DNA from: Mayamaea pseudoterrestris
Taxonomy: Eukaryota
Direction: 5' to 3'
DNA length: 64,000 nucleotides
NCBI GenBank assembly: GCA_027923505.1
Contig: BROI01000018.1
Span: 248,001-312,000 of the forward strand
This document shows positions 1 through 11,945 of the stretch, in pieces. Both the position numbers and the translations under genes were made by a program. The notes beneath the pieces are model-generated. The model ran no database searches. It saw only the letters and a program-made list of their open reading frames with translations, and had not been told where the DNA came from. How positions within the stretch are numbered: the stretch's first letter is position 1; each line of letters opens with the position of its first letter.

Positions 1-3000
1 CTACAAGGTGGTATGCCTGGATGGGGTCTCAGGGGATGGCAATGTGATTGGTGACAACTTGTCACCAGTCTCAGCCCGCAGATGCCTTGACATTCAAACG
101 CTCCTACAGCACGCCATGTATACACCCAAATTACACCAGAATGGTGCCAACATCATTATTTGGGCTGCGCTACAAGATGGTATGCCTGGCTGGGGTCTCA
201 GGGGATGGCAATGTGATTGGTGACAACTTGTCACCAGTCTCAGCCCGCAGATGCCTTGACATTCAAACGCTCCTACAGCACGCCATGTATACACCCAAAT
301 TACACCAGAATGGTGCCAACATCATTATTTGGGCTGCGCTACAAGATGGTATGCCTGGATGGGGTCTCAGGGGATGGCAATGTGATTGGTGACAACTTGT
401 CACCAGTCTCAGCCCGCAGATGCCTTGACATTCAAACGCCCCTACAGCACGCCATGTATACACCCAAATTACACCAGAATGGTGCCAACATCATTATTTG
501 GGCTGCGCTACAAGATGGTATGCCTGGCTGGGGTCTCAGGGGATGGCAATGTGATTGGTGACAACTTGTCACCAGTCTCAGCCCGCAGATGCCTTGACAT
601 TCAAACGCTCCTACAGCACGCCATGTATACACCCAAATTACACCAGAATGGTGCCAACATCATTATTTGGGCTGCGCTACAAGATGGTATGCCTGGCTGG
701 TGTCTCAGGGGATGGCAATGTGATTGGTGACAACTTGTCACCAGTCTCAGCCCGCAGATGCCTTGACATTCAAACGCTCCACCTACAGCACGCCATGTAT
801 ACACCCAAATTACACCAGAATGGTGCCAACATCATTATTTGGGCTGCGCTACAAGATGGTATGCCTGGCTGGGGTCTCAGGGGATGGCAATGTGATTGGT
901 GACAACTTGTCACCAGTCTCAGCCCGCAGATGCCTTGACATTCAAACGCCCCTACAGCACGCCATGTATACACCCAAATTACACCAGAATGGTGCCAACA
1001 TCATTCTTTGGGCTGCGCTACAAGATGGTATGCCTGGCTGGTGTCTCAGGGGATGGCAATGTGATTGGTGACAACTTGTCACCAGTCTCAGCCCGCAGAT
1101 GCCTTGACATTCAAACGCCCCTACAGCACGCCATGTATACACCCAAATTACACCAGAATGGTGCCAACATCATTCTTTGGGCTGCGCTACAAGATGGTAT
1201 GCCTGGCTGGGGTCTCAGGGGATGGCAATGTGATTGGTGACAACTTGTCACCAGTCTCAGCCCGCAGATGCCTTGACATTCAAACGCTCCTACAGCACGC
1301 CATGTATACACCCAAATTACACCAGAATGGTGCCAACATCATTATTTGGGCTGCGCTACAAGATGGTATGCCTGGCTGGGGTCTCAGGGGATGGCAATGT
1401 GATTGGTGACAACTTGTCACCAGTCTCAGCCCGCAGATGCCTTGACATTCAAACGCTCCTACAGCACGCCATGTATACACCCAAATTACACCAGAATGGT
1501 GCCAACATCATTATTTGGGCTGCGCTACAAGATGGTATGCCTGGCTGGGGTCTCAGGGGATGGCAATGTGATTGGTGACAACTTGTCACCAGTCTCAGCC
1601 CGCAGATGCCTTGACATTCAAACGCTCCTACAGCAAGCCATGTATACACCCAAATTACACCAGAATGGTGCCAACATCATTATTTGGGCTGCGCTACAAG
1701 ATGGTATGCCTGGCTGGGGTCTCAGGGGATGGCAATGTGATTGGTGACAACTTGTCACCAGTCTCAGCCCGCAGATGCCTTGACATTCAAACGCCCCTAC
1801 AGCACGCCATGTATACACCCAAATTACACCAGAATGGTGCCAACATCATTATTTGGGCTGCGCTACAAGATGGTATGCCTGGCTGGGGTCTCAGGGGATG
1901 GCAATGTGATTGGTGACAACTTGTCACCAGTCTCAGCCCGCAGATGCCTTGACATTCAAACGCTCCTACAGCACGCCATGTATACACCCAAATTACACCA
2001 GAATGGTGCCAACATCATTCTTTGGGCTGCGCTACAAGGTGGTATGCCTGGCTGGTGTCTCAGGGGATGGCAATGTGATTGGTGACAACTTGTCACCAGT
2101 CTCAGCCCGCAGATGCCTTGACATTCAAACGCTCCTACAGCACGCCATGTATACACCCAAATTACACCAGAATGGTGCCAACATCATTATTTGGGCTGCG
2201 CTACAAGATGGTATGCCTGGCTGGGGTCTCAGGGGATGGCAATGTGATTGGTGACAACTTGTCACCAGTCTCAGCCCGCAGATGCCTTGACATTCAAACG
2301 CCCTACAGCACGCCATGTATACACCCAAATTACACCAGAATGGTGCCAACATCATTATTTGGGCTGCGCTACAAGATGGTATGCCTGGCTGGGGTCTCAG
2401 GGGATGGCAATGTGATTGGTGACAACTTGTCACCAGTCTCAGCCCGCAGATGCCTTGACATTCAAACGCTCCTACAGCACGCCATGTATACACCCAAATT
2501 ACACCAGAATGGTGCCAACATCATTATTTGGGCTGCGCTACAAGATGGTATGCCTGGCTGGGGTCTCAGGGGATGGCAATGTGATTGGTGACAACTTGTC
2601 ACCAGTCTCAGCCCGCAGATGCCTTGACATTCAAACGCTCCTACAGCACGCCATGTATACACCCAAATTACACCAGAATGGTGCCAACATCATTATTTGG
2701 GCTGCGCTACAAGATGGTATGCCTGGCTGGGGTCTCAGGGGATGGCAATGTGATTGGTGACAACTTGTCACCAGTCTCAGCCCGCAGATGCCTTGACATT
2801 CAAACGCTCCTACAGCACGCCATGTATACACCCAAATTACACCAGAATGGTGCCAACATCATTATTTGGGCTGCGCTACAAGATGGTATGCCTGGCTGGG
2901 GTCTCAGGGGATGGCAATGTGATTGGTGACAACTTGTCACCAGTCTCAGCCCGCAGATGCCTTGACATTCAAACGCTCCTACAGCACGCCATGTATACAC

Positions 3001-6000
3001 CCAAATTACACCAGAATGGTGCCAACATCATTCTTTGGACTGCGCTACAAGATGGTATGCCTGGCTGGGGTCTCAGGGGATGGCAATGTGATTGGTGACA
3101 ACTTGTCACCAGTCTCAGCCCGCAGATGCCTTGACATTCAAACGCTCCTACAGCACGCCATGTATACACCCAAATTACACCAGAATGGTGCCAACATCAT
3201 TATTTGGGCTGCGCTACAAGATGGTATGCCTGGCTGGGGTCTCAGGGGATGGCAATGTGATTGGTGACAACTTGTCACCAGTCTCAGCCCGCAGATGCCT
3301 TGACATTCAAACGCTCCTACAGCACGCCATGTATACACCCAAATTACACCAGAATGGTGCCAACATCATTATTTGGGCTGCGCTACAAGATGGTATGCCT
3401 GGCTGGGGTCTCAGGGGATGGCAATGTGATTGGTGACAACTTGTCACCAGTCTCAGCCCGCAGATGCCTTGACATTCAAACGCTCCTACAGCAAGCCATG
3501 TATACACCCAAATTACACCAGAATGGTGCCAACATCATTATTTGGGCTGCGCTACAAGATGGTATGCCTGGCTGGGGTCTCAGGGGATGGCAATGTGATT
3601 GGTGACAACTTGTCACCAATCTCAGCCAGCTGATGCCTTGACATTCAAACGCTCCTACAGCACGCCATGTATACACCCAAATTACACCAGAATGGTGCCA
3701 ACATCATTATTTGGGCTGCGCTACAAGATGGTATGCCTGGCTGGGGTCTCAGGGGATGGCAATGTGATTGGTGACAACTTGTCACCAGTCTCAGCCCGCA
3801 GATGCCTTGACATTCAAACGCTCCTACAGCAAGCCATGTATACACCCAAATTACACCAGAATGGTGCCAACATCATTATTTGGGCTGCGCTACAAGATGG
3901 TATGCCTGGCTGGGGTCTCAGGGGATGGCAATGTGATTGGTGACAACTTGTCACCAGTCTCAGCCCGCAGATGCCTTGACATTCAAACGCTCCTACAGCA
4001 AGCCATGTATACACCCAAATTACACCAGAATGGTGCCAACATCATTATTTGGGCTGCGCTACAAGGTGGTATGCCTGGATGGTGTCTCAGGGGATGGCAA
4101 TGTGATTGGTGACAACTTGTCACCAGTCTCAGCCCGCAGATGCCTTGACATTCAAACGCCCCTACAGCAAGCCATGTATACACCCAAATTACACCAGAAT
4201 GGTGCCAACATCATTATTTGGGCTGCGCTACAAGATGGTATGCCTGGCTGGGGTCTCAGGGGATGGCAATGTGATTGGTGACAACTTGTCACCAGTCTCA
4301 GCCCGCAGATGCCTTGACATTCAAACGCTCCTACAGCACGCCATGTATACACCCAAATTACACCAGAATGGTGCAAACATCATTATTTGGGCTGCGCTAC
4401 AAGATGGTATGCCTGGCTGGTGTCTCAGGGGATGGCAATGTGATTGGTGACAACTTGTCACCAGTCTCAGCCCGCAGATGCCTTGACATTCAAACGCTCC
4501 TACAGCACGCCATGTATACACCCAAATTACACCAGAATGGTGCCAACATCATTATTTGGGCTGCGCTACAAGATGGTATGCCTGGCTGGTGTCTCAGGGG
4601 ATGGCAATGTGATTGGTGACAACTTGTCACCAGTCTCAGCCCGCAGATGCCTTGACATTCAAACGCTCCTACAGCAAGCCATGTATACACCCAAATTACA
4701 GCAGAATGGTGCCAACATCATTGTTTGGGCTGCGCTACAAGACGGTATGCCTGTATGGTATCTCAGGGGATGGCAATGTGATTGGTGACAACTTGTCACC
4801 AGTCTCAGCCCGCAGATGCCTTGACATTCAAATGCTCCTACAGCACGCCATGTATACACCCAAATTAAACCAAAATGGTGCCAACATCATTATTTAGGCT
4901 GTGCTACAAGATGATATGCCTGGCTGGTGTCTCAGGGGATGGCAATGTGATTGGTGACAACTTGTCACCAGTCTCAGCCCACAGATGCCTTGACATTCAA
5001 ACGCCCCTACAGCACGCCATGTATACACCCAAATTACACCAGAATGGTGCCAAAATCATTATTTGGGTTGCGCTACAAGATGGTATGCCTGGCTGGTGTC
5101 TCAGGGGATGGCAATGTGATTGGTGACAACTTGTCACCAATCTCAGCCAGCTGATGCCTTGACATTCAAACGCCCCTACAGCACGCCATGTATACACCCA
5201 AATTACACCAGAATGGTGCCAACATCATTCTTTGGGCTGCGCTACAAGATGATATGCCTGGCTGGGGTCTCAGGGGATGGCAATGTGATTGGTGACAACT
5301 TGTCACCAGTCTCAGCCCGCAGATGCCTTGACATTTAAACGCTCCTACAGCACGCCATGTATACACCCAAATTACACCAGAATGGTGCTAACATCATTTT
5401 TTGGGCTGCGCTACAAGACGGTATGCCTGGCTGGGGTCTCAGGAGATGGCAATGTGATTGGTGACAACTTGTCACCAGTCTCGGCCCGCAGATGCCTTGA
5501 CATTCAAACGCTCCTACAGCATGCCATGTATACACCCAAATTACACCAGAATGGTGCCAACATCATTATTGGAGCTGCGCTGCAAGATGGTATGCCTGGC
5601 TGGTGTCTCAGGGGATGGCAATGTGATTGGTGACAACTTGTCACCAGTCTCAGCCCGCAGATGCCTTGACATTCAAACGCTCCTACAGCATGCCATGTAT
5701 ACACCCAAATTACATTATAATGGTGCCAACATCATTATATGGGCTGCGCTACAAGATGGTATGCCTGGATGGTGTCTCAGGGGATGGCAATGTGATTGGT
5801 GACAACTTGTCACCAATCTCAGCCCGCAGATGCCTTGACATTCAAACGCTCCTACAGCAAGCCATGTATACACCCAAATTACAGCAGAATGGTGCCAACA
5901 TCATTGTTTGGGCTGCGCTACAAGACGGTATGCCTGTATGGTATCTCAGGGGATGGCAATGTGATTGGTGACAACTTGTCACCAGTCTCAGCCCTCAGAT

Positions 6001-9000
6001 GCCTTGACATTCAAACGCTCCTACAGCACACCATGTATACACCCAATTTACACCAGAATGGTGCCAACATCATTATTTAGGCTGTGCTACAAGATGATAT
6101 GCCTGGCTGGTGTCTCAGGGGATGGCAATGTGATTGGTGACAACTTGTCACCAGTCTCATCCCACAGATGCCTAACATCATTATTTGGGCTGCGCTACAA
6201 GATGGTATGCCTGGCTGGGGTCTCAGGGGATGGCAATGTGATTGGTGACAACTTGTCACCAGTCTCAGCCCGCAGATGCCTTGACATTCAAACGCTCCTA
6301 CAGCACGCCATGTATACACCCAAATTACACCAGAATGGTGCCAACATCATTATTTGGGCTGCGCTACAAGATGGTATGCCTGGCTGGGGTCTCAGGGGAT
6401 GGCAATGTGATTGGTGACAACTTGTCACCAGTCTCAGCCCGCAGATGCCTTGACATTCAAACGCTCCTACAGCAAGCCATGTATACACCCAAATTACACC
6501 AGAATGGTGCCAACATCATTATTTGGGCTGCGCTACAAGATGGTATGCCTGGCTGGGGTCTCAGGGGATGGCAATGTGATTGGTGACAACTTGTCACCAG
6601 TCTCAGCCCGCAGATGCCTTGACATTCAAACGCCCCTACAGCACGCCATGTATACACCCAAATTACACCAGAATGGTGCCAACATCATTATTTGGGCTGC
6701 GCTACAAGATGGTATGCCTGGCTGGGGTCTCAGGGGATGGCAATGTGATTGGTGACAACTTGTCACCAGTCTCAGCCCGCAGATGCCTTGACATTCAAAC
6801 GCTCCTACAGCACGCCATGTATACACCCAAATTACACCAGAATGGTGCCAACATCATTCTTTGGGCTGCGCTACAAGGTGGTATGCCTGGCTGGTGTCTC
6901 AGGGGATGGCAATGTGATTGGTGACAACTTGTCACCAGTCTCAGCCCGCAGATGCCTTGACATTCAAACGCTCCTACAGCACGCCATGTATACACCCAAA
7001 TTACACCAGAATGGTGCCAACATCATTATTTGGGCTGCGCTACAAGATGGTATGCCTGGCTGGGGTCTCAGGGGATGGCAATGTGATTGGTGACAACTTG
7101 TCACCAGTCTCAGCCCGCAGATGCCTTGACATTCAAACGCCCTACAGCACGCCATGTATACACCCAAATTACACCAGAATGGTGCCAACATCATTATTTG
7201 GGCTGCGCTACAAGATGGTATGCCTGGCTGGGGTCTCAGGGGATGGCAATGTGATTGGTGACAACTTGTCACCAGTCTCAGCCCGCAGATGCCTTGACAT
7301 TCAAACGCTCCTACAGCACGCCATGTATACACCCAAATTACACCAGAATGGTGCCAACATCATTATTTGGGCTGCGCTACAAGATGGTATGCCTGGCTGG
7401 GGTCTCAGGGGATGGCAATGTGATTGGTGACAACTTGTCACCAGTCTCAGCCCGCAGATGCCTTGACATTCAAACGCTCCTACAGCACGCCATGTATACA
7501 CCCAAATTACACCAGAATGGTGCCAACATCATTATTTGGGCTGCGCTACAAGATGGTATGCCTGGCTGGGGTCTCAGGGGATGGCAATGTGATTGGTGAC
7601 AACTTGTCACCAGTCTCAGCCCGCAGATGCCTTGACATTCAAACGCTCCTACAGCACGCCATGTATACACCCAAATTACACCAGAATGGTGCCAACATCA
7701 TTATTTGGGCTGCGCTACAAGATGGTATGCCTGGCTGGGGTCTCAGGGGATGGCAATGTGATTGGTGACAACTTGTCACCAGTCTCAGCCCGCAGATGCC
7801 TTGACATTCAAACGCTCCTACAGCACGCCATGTATACACCCAAATTACACCAGAATGGTGCCAACATCATTCTTTGGACTGCGCTACAAGATGGTATGCC
7901 TGGCTGGGGTCTCAGGGGATGGCAATGTGATTGGTGACAACTTGTCACCAGTCTCAGCCCGCAGATGCCTTGACATTCAAACGCTCCTACAGCACGCCAT
8001 GTATACACCCAAATTACACCAGAATGGTGCCAACATCATTATTTGGGCTGCGCTACAAGATGGTATGCCTGGCTGGGGTCTCAGGGGATGGCAATGTGAT
8101 TGGTGACAACTTGTCACCAGTCTCAGCCCGCAGATGCCTTGACATTCAAACGCTCCTACAGCACGCCATGTATACACCCAAATTACACCAGAATGGTGCC
8201 AACATCATTATTTGGGCTGCGCTACAAGATGGTATGCCTGGCTGGGGTCTCAGGGGATGGCAATGTGATTGGTGACAACTTGTCACCAGTCTCAGCCCGC
8301 AGATGCCTTGACATTCAAACGCTCCTACAGCAAGCCATGTATACACCCAAATTACACCAGAATGGTGCCAACATCATTATTTGGGCTGCGCTACAAGATG
8401 GTATGCCTGGCTGGGGTCTCAGGGGATGGCAATGTGATTGGTGACAACTTGTCACCAATCTCAGCCAGCTGATGCCTTGACATTCAAACGCTCCTACAGC
8501 ACGCCATGTATACACCCAAATTACACCAGAATGGTGCCAACATCATTATTTGGGCTGCGCTACAAGATGGTATGCCTGGCTGGGGTCTCAGGGGATGGCA
8601 ATGTGATTGGTGACAACTTGTCACCAGTCTCAGCCCGCAGATGCCTTGACATTCAAACGCTCCTACAGCAAGCCATGTATACACCCAAATTACACCAGAA
8701 TGGTGCCAACATCATTATTTGGGCTGCGCTACAAGATGGTATGCCTGGCTGGGGTCTCAGGGGATGGCAATGTGATTGGTGACAACTTGTCACCAGTCTC
8801 AGCCCGCAGATGCCTTGACATTCAAACGCTCCTACAGCAAGCCATGTATACACCCAAATTACACCAGAATGGTGCCAACATCATTATTTGGGCTGCGCTA
8901 CAAGGTGGTATGCCTGGATGGTGTCTCAGGGGATGGCAATGTGATTGGTGACAACTTGTCACCAGTCTCAGCCCGCAGATGCCTTGACATTCAAACGCCC

Positions 9001-11012
9001 CTACAGCAAGCCATGTATACACCCAAATTACACCAGAATGGTGCCAACATCATTATTTGGGCTGCGCTACAAGATGGTATGCCTGGCTGGGGTCTCAGGG
9101 GATGGCAATGTGATTGGTGACAACTTGTCACCAGTCTCAGCCCGCAGATGCCTTGACATTCAAACGCTCCTACAGCACGCCATGTATACACCCAAATTAC
9201 ACCAGAATGGTGCAAACATCATTATTTGGGCTGCGCTACAAGATGGTATGCCTGGCTGGTGTCTCAGGGGATGGCAATGTGATTGGTGACAACTTGTCAC
9301 CAGTCTCAGCCCGCAGATGCCTTGACATTCAAACGCTCCTACAGCACGCCATGTATACACCCAAATTACACCAGAATGGTGCCAACATCATTATTTGGGC
9401 TGCGCTACAAGATGGTATGCCTGGCTGGTGTCTCAGGGGATGGCAATGTGATTGGTGACAACTTGTCACCAGTCTCAGCCCGCAGATGCCTTGACATTCA
9501 AACGCTCCTACAGCAAGCCATGTATACACCCAAATTACAGCAGAATGGTGCCAACATCATTGTTTGGGCTGCGCTACAAGACGGTATGCCTGTATGGTAT
9601 CTCAGGGGATGGCAATGTGATTGGTGACAACTTGTCACCAGTCTCAGCCCGCAGATGCCTTGACATTCAAATGCTCCTACAGCACGCCATGTATACACCC
9701 AAATTAAACCAAAATGGTGCCAACATCATTATTTAGGCTGTGCTACAAGATGATATGCCTGGCTGGTGTCTCAGGGGATGGCAATGTGATTGGTGACAAC
9801 TTGTCACCAGTCTCAGCCCACAGATGCCTTGACATTCAAACGCCCCTACAGCACGCCATGTATACACCCAAATTACACCAGAATGGTGCCAAAATCATTA
9901 TTTGGGTTGCGCTACAAGATGGTATGCCTGGCTGGTGTCTCAGGGGATGGCAATGTGATTGGTGACAACTTGTCACCAATCTCAGCCAGCTGATGCCTTG
10001 ACATTCAAACGCCCCTACAGCACGCCATGTATACACCCAAATTACACCAGAATGGTGCCAACATCATTCTTTGGGCTGCGCTACAAGATGATATGCCTGG
10101 CTGGGGTCTCAGGGGATGGCAATGTGATTGGTGACAACTTGTCACCAGTCTCAGCCCGCAGATGCCTTGACATTTAAACGCTCCTACAGCACGCCATGTA
10201 TACACCCAAATTACACCAGAATGGTGCTAACATCATTTTTTGGGCTGCGCTACAAGACGGTATGCCTGGCTGGGGTCTCAGGAGATGGCAATGTGATTGG
10301 TGACAACTTGTCACCAGTCTCGGCCCGCAGATGCCTTGACATTCAAACGCTCCTACAGCATGCCATGTATACACCCAAATTACACCAGAATGGTGCCAAC
10401 ATCATTATTGGAGCTGCGCTGCAAGATGGTATGCCTGGCTGGTGTCTCAGGGGATGGCAATGTGATTGGTGACAACTTGTCACCAGTCTCAGCCCGCAGA
10501 TGCCTTGACATTCAAACGCTCCTACAGCATGCCATGTATACACCCAAATTACATTATAATGGTGCCAACATCATTATATGGGCTGCGCTACAAGATGGTA
10601 TGCCTGGATGGTGTCTCAGGGGATGGCAATGTGATTGGTGACAACTTGTCACCAATCTCAGCCCGCAGATGCCTTGACATTCAAACGCTCCTACAGCAAG
10701 CCATGTATACACCCAAATTACAGCAGAATGGTGCCAACATCATTGTTTGGGCTGCGCTACAAGACGGTATGCCTGTATGGTATCTCAGGGGATGGCAATG
10801 TGATTGGTGACAACTTGTCACCAGTCTCAGCCCTCAGATGCCTTGACATTCAAACGCTCCTACAGCACACCATGTATACACCCAATTTACACCAGAATGG
10901 TGCCAACATCATTATTTAGGCTGTGCTACAAGATGATATGCCTGGCTGGTGTCTCAGGGGATGGCAATGTGATTGGTGACAACTTGTCACCAGTCTCATC
11001 CCACAGATGCCT
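1..11012 (+). repeat. 169-bp tandem satellite array (family A), about 65 monomers, continues past the left window edge
   Basis: Near-identical monomer ...GCCTTGACATTCAAACGCTCCTACAGCACGCCATGTATACACCCAAATTACACCAGAATGG... recurs every 169 bp (ORF starts at 48, 217, 386, 555...). Each monomer carries the palindrome TGGTGACAA-C-TTGTCACCA (first at 49-67). Confidence 0.99.
1335..11012 (+). repeat. 4839-bp tandem segmental duplication within the satellite (1335-6173 and 6174-11012)
   Basis: The diagnostic variants I compared recur at +4839 (1-bp deletion ~2300/~7139; CCAGCTGA ~3626/~8465; variant block ~4680-6170/~9520-11010). An out-of-register junction CAGATGCCT|AACATCATT lies at 6173/6174. Confidence 0.93.
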
Positions 11013-11249
11013 ACAAACAAACAAACAAGCTGGCTAGACAACAGGGTTGGCAAGCAAGCAAGCAAGCAAGAGGAATGAGAGGCATCGGATGGGGATCGGC
11101 AACTCGGTCTGTGGTTGTCGGTCCTCCATTGATGTCGCATCTGACGTGTCCCGAACCATCGATGATGTGTATCACTCAGAGTGTACTCATAAGGTATCTT
11201 ATGAGTGTCCCCAAGGCAGTCTCCTCGAAGCATCCGCCCTGAGCCGGAC
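11013..11249. repeat. Terminal direct repeat, 3' copy of the element (237 bp)
   Basis: ACAAACAAACAAACAAGCTGGCTAGAC...CCCTGAGCCGGAC matches 14535-14767 except for one extra CAAG unit and one SNP (GGTATC vs GGTACC). Confidence 0.97.
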
Positions 11250-11730
11250 AATCAGCACAAGTGCAGATTGCCCTCCGTCGCTCGGCTGTTTCTTTCCGCG
11301 GTGCAAGGCTCTGTCCGGTCTAGCTGCCCAACAGGAGGCAGCGATGTCCATGTAGGTTGCGTATGCTATGTGACCCGGAAATCCGGGTCCCTGAGCAACC
11401 ACGTCATCGATGATGACTGGCAGCGAGTCCTGTCTTGACAGGAGTCGCCTCAACCCACACGACAACAGCTAGCTGGATGGACGTCCCGCCACACAACAAC
11501 AAAGGCCGTGTGGCGAGAACCGCGAAAAGAAACAAGGAAGAAAGAACAGGAAACGAGAAGAAGGATGTGTCCCGCAGAACAAAGCATCCTGACTCCCTCT
11601 GAGCAAAGGGAGGGAGCTAGAGCCGAGGAGCGCATAAGCAACCTGGACCGTTAGGACCAGGCGACTCGGATGCAAAGCAATAGCTACCAACTCGAATCGA
11701 GTAGATGAATAATGTGTAATAAATGAAAGG

Positions 11731-11945
11731 TTATAATAAAACTGCTCCTTCAATGGCTTTCATGGTGAGGCGGCCAACCTCATGAGTGCTCTCGCGCAAG
11801 TAGTGCTGCACTGAGGGAGGCGACCAACGCAAGCGAAACGCGATTTCCTCGATTGTGAGGCCCGCGTTTTGGAGTGCGACCGCTGCTGTAACTCTATTAG
11901 AATGTGCCACAATGCGGTCCACGTTCTGGCGCAAGTAGTGGCCGC
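11731..11945 (-). pseudogene. C-terminal fragment of a tyrosine recombinase (DIRS-type YR)
   Basis: The end of ORF 11731..12102 reads HYLRQNVDRIVAHSNRVTAAVALQNAGLTIEEIAFRLRWSPPSVQHYLRE. This has H-x-x-R, the RW motif and the catalytic Tyr at the usual box II spacing. The N-terminal part with the first catalytic Arg is missing. Confidence 0.85.

Noticed and set aside
1..169. 5S rDNA, tRNA or snRNA tandem array
   Set aside because: None of the monomers shows recognisable 5S, cloverleaf or snRNA motifs by eye. An Rfam search would be decisive.
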